A stretch of DNA of 56,616 nucleotides from an uncultured virus (IMG/VR IMGVR_UViG_3300008448_009815). Its lineage: Duplodnaviria > Heunggongvirae > Uroviricota > Caudoviricetes. Positions 11,070 to 21,399 of this stretch are shown in pieces. The first letter of the stretch is position 1. The number at the start of each line of letters is the position of its first letter. Location: positions 62,001 through 118,616 of the IMG/VR virus record IMGVR_UViG_3300008448_009815, one strand, 5' to 3'. A program made the position numbers and the translations under genes. The notes below the pieces were generated by a model. The model was not told where the DNA came from and did no database searches. It saw only the letters and a program-made list of their open reading frames with translations.

Positions 11070-11371
11070 TGACACAATTGGTGATAAGTAATGTTACAGG
11101 ATTAACAATACCATATCAAATATATGTTTGTGATGTTTATGGTAATAATTGTACAATAGTTGCAACTGTAAATACTGTAATTCCACCAATGGTTACAATT
11201 ACATTACCATCACAATTTAATATGTCACCAGCAATAGGAGTATTAGTAAAAGATTTATATTGTGAAAGATTTATTGTTTTAAATTGCGTTAATTTACCAC
11301 CTGTAGGAAAACAATTCCAAGACGGAGATTACTTCTTCTTTATGGATTATAGCATTTATCAGTTCCAATAA
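11069..11371 (+). CDS. Small Cys-containing structural/adaptor protein, paralogue of 23179..23400
   Basis: Shares I.N..G.T.P..YVCD...C..V.T with the 23179 ORF and the C-terminal FQD motif with the 8808 ORF. Confidence 0.6.
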   Translation: MTQLVISNVTGLTIPYQIYVCDVYGNNCTIVATVNTVIPPMVTITLPSQFNMSPAIGVLVKDLYCERFIVLNCVNLPPVGKQFQDGDYFFFMDYSIYQFQ

Positions 11372-11383
11372 TGAATTAAAGTG

Positions 11384-11391
11384 TATTTATA
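11384..11391 (+). promoter_or_regulatory. TATTTATA putative late promoter motif
   Basis: 14 nt upstream of the fibre gene ATG. Confidence 0.55.
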
Positions 11392-11405
11392 TATAAAAAA
11401 GAATA

Positions 11406-14400
11406 ATGGCATTTTTAACGGATCAAATACCAGCAACCGGGGTTAATTTAACTGATTTATTTCACATAGTGGATCCTAATGATTTATCACAAGGTAATCC
11501 TGCTGGATCATCATATAAAGCGTGTTTTCAGCAAGTACTTGGAGCATTAACGGGTGGAACATCTGTTATGATAGTTGGTTCTGGAATTGGTTCGGTTGAA
11601 AGATGTGGTAATAATAATGATGCAAGTGGGAACTACTCCACTGTAAGTGGTGGTAGAGTAAATACATCAAGTTGTAATTGGTCAACTGTAAGTGGGGGGT
11701 ATTGTAACACATCAAGTGGGTGTTATTCGACAGTAGGTGGCGGACAACAAAATGGTTCAACATCTAATAATTCAACTGTAAGTGGCGGGTATTGTAATAC
11801 AATCTTAACAGGAGCAACAAACTCAACTATAGGTGGAGGGAACTCCAATACAATACTAATAGGATCAACTTTAACAACGATTGGTGGTGGTGGTTTGAAT
11901 ACATCAAGCGGTTCTAGATCAACCGTAAGTGGTGGTGTTGGTAACACATCAAGTGGTGGTGGATCAACAGTTGGTGGTGGTCAAAGTAACGAATCAAATG
12001 GGGCTAACTCAACCGTAAGTGGAGGTTATTATAATACATCAAGTGGTGACTGGTCAACAATTGGCGGTGGTAGTGGGAATACATCAAGTAATTATTTTTC
12101 AACAATTGGCGGTGGTAGAAGTAACACATCAAGTGGGTGTTACTCAACCGTTGGTGGTGGTAAATGTAACACATCATCAGGTACTTATTACTCAACTATA
12201 AGTGGAGGATATCGTAATACATCAATTGGTAGTGAATCAACCATAGGTGGGGGGCGTTTTAATACCTCAAGCGGTTACTATTCAACTATAAGTGGAGGAC
12301 GTTGTAACTCATCAATTGGTGCGGATTCAACCATAAGTGGTGGTCTTAGTAACAAAACAAATAGTGACACATCAACCATAGGTGGTGGGTGTAATAATAC
12401 AATATTAACTGGTTCAACAAGTTCATCAATTGGTGGTGGTGAATGTAATACAATCTTAACAGGATCAACAAGTTCATCAATTGGTGGTGGTGAATGTAAT
12501 ACAATCTTAACAGGATCAACACATTCAACAATTGGAGGGGGTGTGAGTAATACTTCAAGCGATTATTATTCAACCGTAGGTGGTGGTGCAAACAACACTT
12601 CAAGTGGAGGTAGATCAACCATAAGTGGGGGAGCAAGTAGTACATCAAGTGGATATTATTCAACCGTAGGTGGTGGTAGATGTAATAGATCGTTAGGGGA
12701 TTCTACAACCGTAGGTGGTGGTCAATTTAATAGGGCGTGTGGTCAAATATCAACAATAAGTGGGGGGCGAGCAAATATTTCGTGTGGAACATATAGTTCA
12801 GTCGGTGGTGGAAACGCTAATACGTCAAGTAGTTATGCATCAACTGTTGGAGGTGGATTCAGTAACACATCTTATGGTGTGTGTTCAACAGTAAGTGGTG
12901 GTCGTCAAAATACATCGGTTGGTGATACCTCAACGGTAAGTGGGGGTATAGGTAATACATCATTAGGAGCGTGCTCAGTAATTGGTGGGGGTGTTTGTAA
13001 TACAAATATGTCTACGGGTGGTTTTATAGGATCAGGTTGTGGAAATACTTCGTGTGATGTTTATAGTTTAGTAGTTGGAGGTTATTTTAATAAAGTTAAC
13101 GGTAAAGCTTCAACAGTTAGTGGAGGTTATTGTAATACAATATTAGCTGGAGCAACAAGTTCAACCATTGGTGGTGGACAACAAAATACAATATTAGCAT
13201 CAGCAGCAAACTCAACCATTGGTGGAGGTAGTGGTAACACAATAAGTAGTTTTTCATCAGTCGTAGTAGGTGGATGTTTAAACACGTCAAGTGGGGGATA
13301 CTCATTTATCGGTGGTGGTAGAAGAAATGTGTCAATCGGTTTTATATCAACCGTAAGTGGAGGTTATTGTAACACATCAATCGGAGATTGCTCAACCGTA
13401 GGTGGTGGTAGAGGTAACACATCAAGTGGGTGTTATTCAACCGTTGGTGGGGGAACGCAAAATAAAAGTAATGGTGTAGTATCAACAATAAGTGGGGGTA
13501 GAACTAATACCGCATCAAATTATTTTACATTTATTGGTGGAGGTAGAGGTAACACATCAAGTGGGTGTTATTCGACAATAGGTGGTGGATGTTTGAATCG
13601 ATCTTTAGGTGTTGGATCAACAATAGGTGGTGGATTGCAAAATATAACAAGTGGTAATTGTTCGTCAATATTAGGAGGAATTAGTAATACATCAAATTGT
13701 AATGGATCAACCGTAGGTGGTGGTTGTCGTAATACTGCATCAAATTATTTTTCGTTTGTTGGTGGAGGACTACAAAATACAAATAATGGTGTTTGGGGTA
13801 CCTTATCTGGAGGTATATGTAATAGACTTATAGGTAACGGAGCATCAATTGGTGGTGGTTCTAACAATACTGCTTGTGGAGATTATTCGGTAATAAGTGG
13901 TGGAATATCGGGAACTACAACGGCAAGTAATAATTTCATTGGTGGAGGAAGTAATAACACAACAACAGGAAACTACTCCTCAATTTTAGGTGGAGTATTT
14001 AACACCTCAATAGGAAATTATTCTTCAATTTTAGGAGGTTCAGGAAATACCGTAACACATAATTGTTCATCGGCTTTTGGTGTTGGTATTACATCGGTTT
14101 CAGCGTGTACATTCCATACAAATTATTTAACATTACAAAATACACCAGATACTGATCCGTCAAATACAAATTTCTTGGTGAGAGATACATCAACAGGTGT
14201 CGTTAAATCAAGAGATATTTCATTACCGTTGAATTATGCGACCTCCGCAATAACATCATCACAAACATTAACTTGGGATAAAAGTTATTGGGGGGTTAGT
14301 GGTTCATCAAATGTTGATTTAACATTACCGACAACAACATCGAAAGATGGTTATTATTTATTGATAAAAGATGAAGCAGGAACTTCTGGTTCATACAGAA

Positions 14401-14513
14401 TAAGATTAACGCCAGCATCAGGATTGATTGATGGTAATTCATATGTTGATATGAATATAAACTATATGTCTCTTACTGTTATGGTGAGAAACGGAAATTG
14501 GTATATAATATGA
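11406..14513 (+). CDS. Gly/Ser-rich repeat fibre/adhesin (beta-solenoid), 1035 aa
   Basis: Dozens of 15-17 aa repeats, ST(V/I)(S/G)GG..N.SSG. The C-terminal domain (LTLP...DG..L.IKDE.G....I.....IDG) is typical of phage fibre ends. Confidence 0.75.
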   Translation: MAFLTDQIPATGVNLTDLFHIVDPNDLSQGNPAGSSYKACFQQVLGALTGGTSVMIVGSGIGSVERCGNNNDASGNYSTVSGGRVNTSSCNWSTVSGGYCNTSSGCYSTVGGGQQNGSTSNNSTVSGGYCNTILTGATNSTIGGGNSNTILIGSTLTTIGGGGLNTSSGSRSTVSGGVGNTSSGGGSTVGGGQSNESNGANSTVSGGYYNTSSGDWSTIGGGSGNTSSNYFSTIGGGRSNTSSGCYSTVGGGKCNTSSGTYYSTISGGYRNTSIGSESTIGGGRFNTSSGYYSTISGGRCNSSIGADSTISGGLSNKTNSDTSTIGGGCNNTILTGSTSSSIGGGECNTILTGSTSSSIGGGECNTILTGSTHSTIGGGVSNTSSDYYSTVGGGANNTSSGGRSTISGGASSTSSGYYSTVGGGRCNRSLGDSTTVGGGQFNRACGQISTISGGRANISCGTYSSVGGGNANTSSSYASTVGGGFSNTSYGVCSTVSGGRQNTSVGDTSTVSGGIGNTSLGACSVIGGGVCNTNMSTGGFIGSGCGNTSCDVYSLVVGGYFNKVNGKASTVSGGYCNTILAGATSSTIGGGQQNTILASAANSTIGGGSGNTISSFSSVVVGGCLNTSSGGYSFIGGGRRNVSIGFISTVSGGYCNTSIGDCSTVGGGRGNTSSGCYSTVGGGTQNKSNGVVSTISGGRTNTASNYFTFIGGGRGNTSSGCYSTIGGGCLNRSLGVGSTIGGGLQNITSGNCSSILGGISNTSNCNGSTVGGGCRNTASNYFSFVGGGLQNTNNGVWGTLSGGICNRLIGNGASIGGGSNNTACGDYSVISGGISGTTTASNNFIGGGSNNTTTGNYSSILGGVFNTSIGNYSSILGGSGNTVTHNCSSAFGVGITSVSACTFHTNYLTLQNTPDTDPSNTNFLVRDTSTGVVKSRDISLPLNYATSAITSSQTLTWDKSYWGVSGSSNVDLTLPTTTSKDGYYLLIKDEAGTSGSYRIRLTPASGLIDGNSYVDMNINYMSLTVMVRNGNWYII
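12414..12521 (+). repeat. Exact 51-bp tandem duplication inside the fibre gene
   Basis: tcaacaagttcatcaattggtggtggtgaatgtaatacaatcttaacagga at 12414 and 12465. Confidence 0.9.
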
Positions 14514-15730
14514 GTTTTATTTTTAATAATCAAGTATCTTATAGTGACAGTGCAAATTTAGATGCATTTGGTAGGTTAAGAACTGCCGCAGTCCAAAATT
14601 TATTGGACATTAAACACGTATACGATAAAAATCCATTACAAGTAAATGAGGTTACCGCAGGAACTGCAACGTCAATTTTTAATCAACAATTTGCGAGAGT
14701 TAGAATGTCAACTGCGGCAAATAATGATTTAGTTATAAGACAATCAAAAACACACCCTATTTACCAACCAGGAAAAAGTCAATTATTCCAAGCAAGTTTC
14801 TCAAATTTTCAGTTAGAAACAAATGTCATAAAAAGGGTGGGAGGATTCACCTCAACAACGGCATCTACATATAATTCGGTTTTTGATGGGTTCTTTTTAG
14901 AAAGTAATGGGGTAACAAACGAAATAAGTTTTCAAATATGGAGATCGGGAACTACGGTTTATAGTGCGGCAACAACCGTATGGAACACTAATGAATTTAA
15001 CCCAATAGGTTTAGATTGGTCTAACACTAATTTAATGTCAGTTGATTATCAATGGTTAGGTGTTGGTAGAATGAGATTTGGTTTGGATTTAGATGGAATA
15101 TTAATTTATTTTACCGAACATAATTGTGCTAATAACGAACCAAATGTTTATATGTCATCACCAAATCAACCAATAAGGTATGAAATAAGACAAGTTGGTG
15201 TTGGTTCAGGAAGTTTTGATATGATATGTTCACAAGTATCAACCGAAGGAGCATTAAACGGACTATATTCCACTGTAGGAGTTATAAACTCAACCACTGC
15301 AGATTTAAATTCGTCAGGTACAAAATATCCATATATTGGTTATAGACTTAAACCAAGTTATAAATCAGTGACATCGCAATATAGTAGTTTGAGTATTTTA
15401 AATACCTCAAATGATAATTACTTAGTGACTATTGAATTTAATCCTACATTATCTGCAACTCCAAGTTGGACAGATATACCAAATTCACCATTTCAATATT
15501 CAATATATAATGGGACTGTTACAACAACGATAACATCACCAGGTCACATTATGTCGTCTTTAATTGGTGAATCAGGATCATCAGCACTTTCAACAATTAA
15601 AGTGGATGATAATCAAATTAGAGTTGGTTCTAATGTTGATGGAACACTTGATGAAATGTGGGTATGTATAACACCATTAAGTGCAAGTGCAACATTTTTG
15701 GGAACCGCAGAAGTATTATATTATTTATAA
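14510..15730 (+). CDS. Virion-associated protein, possibly with a lectin-like beta-sandwich
   Basis: ATGA overlap with the fibre stop. DAFGRLR, YQPGKSQ and DYQWLGVGRMRFG motifs resemble those of phage structural proteins. Confidence 0.6.
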   Translation: MSFIFNNQVSYSDSANLDAFGRLRTAAVQNLLDIKHVYDKNPLQVNEVTAGTATSIFNQQFARVRMSTAANNDLVIRQSKTHPIYQPGKSQLFQASFSNFQLETNVIKRVGGFTSTTASTYNSVFDGFFLESNGVTNEISFQIWRSGTTVYSAATTVWNTNEFNPIGLDWSNTNLMSVDYQWLGVGRMRFGLDLDGILIYFTEHNCANNEPNVYMSSPNQPIRYEIRQVGVGSGSFDMICSQVSTEGALNGLYSTVGVINSTTADLNSSGTKYPYIGYRLKPSYKSVTSQYSSLSILNTSNDNYLVTIEFNPTLSATPSWTDIPNSPFQYSIYNGTVTTTITSPGHIMSSLIGESGSSALSTIKVDDNQIRVGSNVDGTLDEMWVCITPLSASATFLGTAEVLYYL

Positions 15731-15749
15731 AATAAAAATAGATTAAAAA

Positions 15750-17201
15750 ATGGCAAATCAAAAACTTACAGACAGAGTATTGGCAACGGGAGTCACATTA
15801 AATGATTTAATTCATATTGTAATTCCGACAGATATAACTGACGATCCTGCGGGTTCATCATATAAAGCAACCGTTAGTCAGATGATGGACACTATAAGTG
15901 GTTCCACAATTATGGTTTTGGATGCAGGAATTGGATCAACAATGAGATGTGATAATAATAATGAAGCGTCGGGAAGTTATTCAACAGTTAGTGGAGGTTA
16001 TTGTAATACCTCAAGTGGAAATAAATCAACTGTAAGTGGTGGATACCTTAATACATCGAGTAGTTATTACTCAACAGTTGGTGGTGGAGCGGCTAACACA
16101 TCTAGTTGTGTTTATTCGACGGTAAGTGGTGGTCGTAACAACACATCAAGCGGTATTTATTCATTTATTGGTGGAGGATCCTTCAATAATAATAGTTCTT
16201 GTGGAAGTGTTATATCGGGTGGTGCAAATAATTTAACAGGACCAACAGGTGTTATCTCAACTCTAAGTTCATATACTCCAAGTGCTGGATTAGGTCTTGC
16301 AGATGCGACTTACGGACCTTATTCTCAAACAACAACAAGTGGTTATGGTGTTGGTGCGGATTTTACATTTGATGTTAGTGGTAATACAATAACTGGAGTT
16401 ACAATCACAAATGGAGGTTTTGGATATAGTAATGGTGACACTATTTTTATTACAGGAACAACTTTTCCTGGTGGTACATCATCAAATGATGTTACATTAA
16501 CTATTAATAATGTTTTAAGTAGTTATTATTCAACCGTAAGTGGAGGACTAAATAATACATCAAGTGGAGATTGCTCAACCATAGGTGGAGGTAGAGGTAA
16601 CACATCAAGTGGTAATGGTTCATTTGTTGGTGGCGGATCATTTAACAAATCAACTAATAATTTTTCAACAGTTGTAGGAGGTGCGGGTAACACATCAAGT
16701 TCTTATTATGTGACAATTGGTGGGGGAAAATACAACACATCAAGTGCTTGTTACTCAACCGTAAGTGGTGGATATAGAAATACAACATTAACGGGGTCAA
16801 CATATTCAATAATAGGTGGTGGTCGTAGTAACACATCAAGTGCTTCGTATTCAACAATAAGTGGTGGGTATTGTAATACAATTTTAACAGGATCAACAAG
16901 TACAACAATTGGTGGTGGTTATCAAAATACAATATTAACAGGATCTACATATTCAACAATAAGTGGTGGTATATGTAACACATCAATTGGAATATCTTCG
17001 TCAATATTAGGTGGTTCTGGAAATACGGTTATACACGATTGTTCATTTATTGTTGGTAATGGAATAGCAACTTCTTGTCCTAATACGACATATATGAATT
17101 GTTTATCAATTATGGATTTACCAAATGAATCGTCATTACCATTACCTTCAGGTTCTGTTTATTATTGTACGACAGGTTGTGGTATTTACTATGTTCCATA
17201 A
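15750..17201 (+). CDS. Second Gly-rich repeat fibre, paralogue of 11406..14513
   Basis: Same N-terminal module (LTD..ATGV.L.DL.HIV.P.D...PAGSSYKA) and the same STVSGG.N repeats, plus an inserted GA.F......V.ITNGG.GY..GD domain. Confidence 0.75.
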   Translation: MANQKLTDRVLATGVTLNDLIHIVIPTDITDDPAGSSYKATVSQMMDTISGSTIMVLDAGIGSTMRCDNNNEASGSYSTVSGGYCNTSSGNKSTVSGGYLNTSSSYYSTVGGGAANTSSCVYSTVSGGRNNTSSGIYSFIGGGSFNNNSSCGSVISGGANNLTGPTGVISTLSSYTPSAGLGLADATYGPYSQTTTSGYGVGADFTFDVSGNTITGVTITNGGFGYSNGDTIFITGTTFPGGTSSNDVTLTINNVLSSYYSTVSGGLNNTSSGDCSTIGGGRGNTSSGNGSFVGGGSFNKSTNNFSTVVGGAGNTSSSYYVTIGGGKYNTSSACYSTVSGGYRNTTLTGSTYSIIGGGRSNTSSASYSTISGGYCNTILTGSTSTTIGGGYQNTILTGSTYSTISGGICNTSIGISSSILGGSGNTVIHDCSFIVGNGIATSCPNTTYMNCLSIMDLPNESSLPLPSGSVYYCTTGCGIYYVP

Positions 17202-17266
17202 TTCACTTTTTACAATACTATAATATCTTTATTTATAATTAATTTACTAAAAAATGGTAAGTTGAT

Positions 17267-17274
17267 TATTTATA
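17267..17274 (+). promoter_or_regulatory. TATTTATA putative late promoter motif (second copy at 17230-17237)
   Basis: Upstream of the 17291 ATG. Confidence 0.5.
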
Positions 17275-17290
17275 GTAAAAGAGAATATAA

Positions 17291-18877
17291 ATGTCCAATT
17301 GTTATTGTTTAGAATTTAGTTTTGCAAAGGTTAATCAGTATGATTTAACCTATCAAGATTGTAGTGGAAACACTGTAACAGAAACATTCCAAAGTGGTAC
17401 AACATACAATATATGTAGTGAAAATTTTGATCCAATAACAAATTGTTTAGATATTGATTTTGAAGTTAAAGGACTCTGTGTTAATGGAGTTTGCCCTGGT
17501 GGATTATTTAAATATCAAAATGAATGCGATGTAATAACAATATTCCCATTGGGAGTACAATGTTTAACTGAAAATCCAACAACAAGTAATAGTTTTGACG
17601 GTGTGGCATCTTTGTATATTACAGGAGGTACACCACCATATTTTATATCATGGGAAAATGGTAATTATTCTCAAACATTAACAAATTTGGGTTCAGGAGA
17701 ATATGATGCGGTTGTTACCGATTTTTATGGTGACTTTACCGCAAGAACAACTTGTTATTTAACCGCACCAAGTCCGACACCAACACCAACTCCTACACCA
17801 ACTCCTACACCGATACCGGCATTTAGTGGTTTATGTTTAATTGTTGAAGGTAGAATAGGTAAAGATCCTTATCTTGAATTAATTGATTTTGGTTATAATG
17901 GGTATTATAATGGAAAACCAACTTGGACATCAACACCTTCAGGTTATGATGTGGTATGGATGAGTGGTACAAGTCAGTGGGAAGTGTCAGGATGGACATA
18001 CGGTAGTTTAGTTAATTTAAATCCAGCTACACCACCTATTGCTGGATGGCAATCTATTGGTTCAGTACCACCAAATCCGTCAATATTATCGGTACAAATG
18101 AGTGAAGGAACTTGTGCAAGTCAAGACATATTGAGATATGAATTAACAGTTAACCAACCTACTTGTGTTCGTAAAGATGGTTTAGGTGGATGTATTAGTG
18201 ACGGAAGTATAATATTTAATATTATTGATGGAGTTCCACCATATGAGTATAGTATAGATGGATTCAACTTCTTCCCTAACCAACCTATCTTCCAAAGTCT
18301 ATGTCCTGGGTTATACACAACAATTGTTACAGACTCTTCAGGACAAACATTTAGTCAAATTGTGAATTTAATACAACCGGCAGCACCTCAAATATATGCA
18401 CTAACATTATCACTAAACGCCACGTCAACCGCATTTAATGTTACGGTTTCACCACAATTACCTGTAGGTACTACTCTTTCATTTGATTTAGTACATGAGA
18501 AATATTTTACAGAACAACCTCAATTTAATGCGTACACTTGGAATAATGTGGTTACAGTAAATAAAAATATGATTCCTGTTCCATATAGTACAACCACTAA
18601 TAGTGGGTCATCAAATGCTTTACCTGATAAAGTGTGTATTGGAGGTGTTGTTGTTGAGTCACTTACAACATTTACTTGGGATAATATAACTATGGTACAG
18701 GGAGACACTGTTAGTGGTACAATTAGTAATCCAACACCAATATTGAATCTACCTTTAGAAACTCACTGTTTATCTGAAAAACATTCATATAATTTATATT
18801 TAAATGATGTAAAGTTAACTAACTGTCCTTGTTGTTCGGTAACCGTAATAAATAAACCGATAGGAAAAGTAGGGTAA
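17291..18877 (+). CDS. Cys-rich protein with SprB-like repeats and a Pro-Thr linker
   Basis: GGTPPY.ISW..G.....L..G.Y..VVTD and GVPPYEYSIDG...L.PG.Y...VTDS motifs; (PT)n linker. Confidence 0.65.
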   Translation: MSNCYCLEFSFAKVNQYDLTYQDCSGNTVTETFQSGTTYNICSENFDPITNCLDIDFEVKGLCVNGVCPGGLFKYQNECDVITIFPLGVQCLTENPTTSNSFDGVASLYITGGTPPYFISWENGNYSQTLTNLGSGEYDAVVTDFYGDFTARTTCYLTAPSPTPTPTPTPTPTPIPAFSGLCLIVEGRIGKDPYLELIDFGYNGYYNGKPTWTSTPSGYDVVWMSGTSQWEVSGWTYGSLVNLNPATPPIAGWQSIGSVPPNPSILSVQMSEGTCASQDILRYELTVNQPTCVRKDGLGGCISDGSIIFNIIDGVPPYEYSIDGFNFFPNQPIFQSLCPGLYTTIVTDSSGQTFSQIVNLIQPAAPQIYALTLSLNATSTAFNVTVSPQLPVGTTLSFDLVHEKYFTEQPQFNAYTWNNVVTVNKNMIPVPYSTTTNSGSSNALPDKVCIGGVVVESLTTFTWDNITMVQGDTVSGTISNPTPILNLPLETHCLSEKHSYNLYLNDVKLTNCPCCSVTVINKPIGKVG

Positions 18878-18896
18878 AATAAAATATCAAACATAG

Positions 18897-18904
18897 TATT
18901 TATA
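18897..18904 (+). promoter_or_regulatory. TATTTATA putative late promoter motif
   Basis: 6 nt upstream of ATG 18911. Confidence 0.55.
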
Positions 18905-18910
18905 TAACAA

Positions 18911-21349
18911 ATGGCATATATACTCAAAAATACATCTGGTTTAATCAATACAAGAGTTACTGATACAGGTAGACAAAAATTATCTGAAGGTAACTTTAAC
19001 ATTGCGTATTTCCAAGTTGGGGATAGTGAAGTATCGTACAATGCATTATCGTCAACATATAATCAACCATATAGTATGGTATTGGAACCACCATTTAATA
19101 GTCAAAATAGTGCTGGTTCACCACAATCAAATAGACAAAATGTTAAATACCCTTATTATGTAGATGGTTCTGCCGGTAATACATATGGAATTCCTTATAT
19201 GGATTCGGTTATTGAACCTGTATTTAATAGAGCTCCTTTAAGAGGATTTTTTTCAGGAAATACTAGTGCAACCACAATTAGTTGGAGTGCTTTAACTAAC
19301 AATAATTATGTAGTTAGCTCAAACTATGTTGTAAATATGTGTTCTTTAAGTGGAACAAACCAAGTTGAATTAATATATTCTGGTTCTAATTTAATTAATG
19401 AGGGAATACCTTCAGTTGGTGATTTTATTACAATATATTATGACGGTAAATGGGATATAAATAACACTTGTTATAATTTACCAACCCCAACACCATCAGC
19501 GTCCGTCGCATCAACACCGACACCAACCCCAACACCAAGTTCAACGTATACATTTGTGTGTTCGGCAACACCAACGCCAACACCAACTAAGACACCTTGT
19601 TTAACACCATCAAACACACCTGCGTGTCCTCCACCACCTATGGCGGATTGTTATATGTCAATTAATAGTTGTTATCCAATGATGACATATAGAATTATTG
19701 CGTACTGTAACAATGTTATTACTGTTGATAGGAATTTACCTGACTTTTCATCATTTTCTGGGTCATGTTATTCAAGAACATTAATCTATCCACCAAATAT
19801 GACAACACTTTATGATAGTATAACACCGGCACCTCATTGGAGTAGTGATGTTATTAATTTTGAAACTGTTTGTGATATTGATGAGTTTGATGTTAAAATA
19901 TGGAACATGAATATTCCTTGGAGTGAAAATCCTGCAGGTTTATATCCTGCAACATATGAGGGATATGAATATTTTGGATCAATAGATTATCTTGGGACAA
20001 AAGAATATTTTGGATACGCATCAAGTTTGGGACAAAAAGACACTAGTTCGGTATATTACTACAATTCATTTGATGAAAAGATTACGGTACAACCTGAAGA
20101 ACAAAAAGCAATTGCAATAATACATTATACAAATCAAACCATTGACTTCTTCTATGGAGAGAAATTTGCGCTAGAACCATATGATTCCGCAAATCCTGAT
20201 GATACAACAGGACAAGCAAGAAACTTTAAATTACATCTACCTTGGTTGATGTGGCATAAAAATCCTGCGTGTTGTTCGGGAGAAACATTTTGGGTTGATC
20301 CTGCGGGGTTTGAAGATAAAAATCTATTTGATGTCCAATACATACAATCAAATAAAAATTCAGGGATGAATCAACCTGGTATTAGATATTATCATCTTTG
20401 GGATACTCACGCAAATGCTGATGGATACCCAAGTAGAATTGGTAAAGTATTCCCTGATAGTAAGATAGTTATTATTGATGATGAGGAAATAATTGCGGCG
20501 ATGTCATATAAGTCAAATAGAAACTGGACTTTACCAGCACCTCAAGTTTCCTTAGTAACCCCAAATACTTGTGGAACACCAACAACAACGGTAGATGGTA
20601 TCTTAACAGGAAATAACGAAACTATGTATGTGACTTATAGATTCACAAATCAAACTGGTTTTACAGATTCACTACATTGTAATTATTACTCAAAAGTAAT
20701 CGGTAATAATAATGATTGTAATCCTGACACATCTAAAAATGTTGCATTAAGATTTGGTGCGGAATTCGGATGTATGGTACAACCTTCATACAGTGCTGGA
20801 ACACCTTGTATTACTTCTTGTAACTACTTACCTCAAGGATATTTTGGTACTAATTTTGAAATTCTGTGTCAAAAAGTTATAACAGGAAATAGACCTGACT
20901 CAACTCAATGGAGAATAATTGATTATACCGATGTTATTAGTGCGTCAACAATTAATGGATATTTAACTCAAGATGGTATTACAGGCACGACATTCGTAAT
21001 TACACCTGAATTATACAACGCAGCACCATATTATAATTTAAATAATTACATATCCTTAACTACATTAGGATCCACAGGTGAAACATTAAATTTTGGTGAT
21101 GAATTTTATTTTTATGGTGGTTTGGAAACAGATATCCAAGCAACAATATATGAAATGAAATATAAGATTAATTTGAGTAATGCTGAATTCTTAAACACAT
21201 CAAATCCTACTTGGACTCAAGGAACTAAATCATATATTACTGAGATTGCATTATTGGATAGAAATAAAGATATATTAGTAATGTCCAAACTACAATCACC
21301 AGTTCTAAGACAAGGTATCCAACAGTTCGTAGTTAAGTTAGATTTCTAA
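18911..21349 (+). CDS. Baseplate/tail-fibre-attachment-like structural protein with a PT linker
   Basis: N-terminal TDTGRQKL...YFQVGDSE and C-terminal YITEIALLD....LVMSKL..P resemble tail-collar/baseplate fibre-anchor domains. Confidence 0.6.
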   Translation: MAYILKNTSGLINTRVTDTGRQKLSEGNFNIAYFQVGDSEVSYNALSSTYNQPYSMVLEPPFNSQNSAGSPQSNRQNVKYPYYVDGSAGNTYGIPYMDSVIEPVFNRAPLRGFFSGNTSATTISWSALTNNNYVVSSNYVVNMCSLSGTNQVELIYSGSNLINEGIPSVGDFITIYYDGKWDINNTCYNLPTPTPSASVASTPTPTPTPSSTYTFVCSATPTPTPTKTPCLTPSNTPACPPPPMADCYMSINSCYPMMTYRIIAYCNNVITVDRNLPDFSSFSGSCYSRTLIYPPNMTTLYDSITPAPHWSSDVINFETVCDIDEFDVKIWNMNIPWSENPAGLYPATYEGYEYFGSIDYLGTKEYFGYASSLGQKDTSSVYYYNSFDEKITVQPEEQKAIAIIHYTNQTIDFFYGEKFALEPYDSANPDDTTGQARNFKLHLPWLMWHKNPACCSGETFWVDPAGFEDKNLFDVQYIQSNKNSGMNQPGIRYYHLWDTHANADGYPSRIGKVFPDSKIVIIDDEEIIAAMSYKSNRNWTLPAPQVSLVTPNTCGTPTTTVDGILTGNNETMYVTYRFTNQTGFTDSLHCNYYSKVIGNNNDCNPDTSKNVALRFGAEFGCMVQPSYSAGTPCITSCNYLPQGYFGTNFEILCQKVITGNRPDSTQWRIIDYTDVISASTINGYLTQDGITGTTFVITPELYNAAPYYNLNNYISLTTLGSTGETLNFGDEFYFYGGLETDIQATIYEMKYKINLSNAEFLNTSNPTWTQGTKSYITEIALLDRNKDILVMSKLQSPVLRQGIQQFVVKLDF

Positions 21350-21399
21350 AAACTTTAATTTTAATTAATAGTTGTTATATTATTAATAAATCATTTTTT

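Noticed and set aside
11406..17201. Gly/Ser/Thr repeats as an ice-nucleation protein or CRISPR-like array
   Set aside because: The period is 15-17 aa without the AGYGST octapeptide. The DNA repeats are degenerate, in-frame coding repeats with no repeat-spacer structure.
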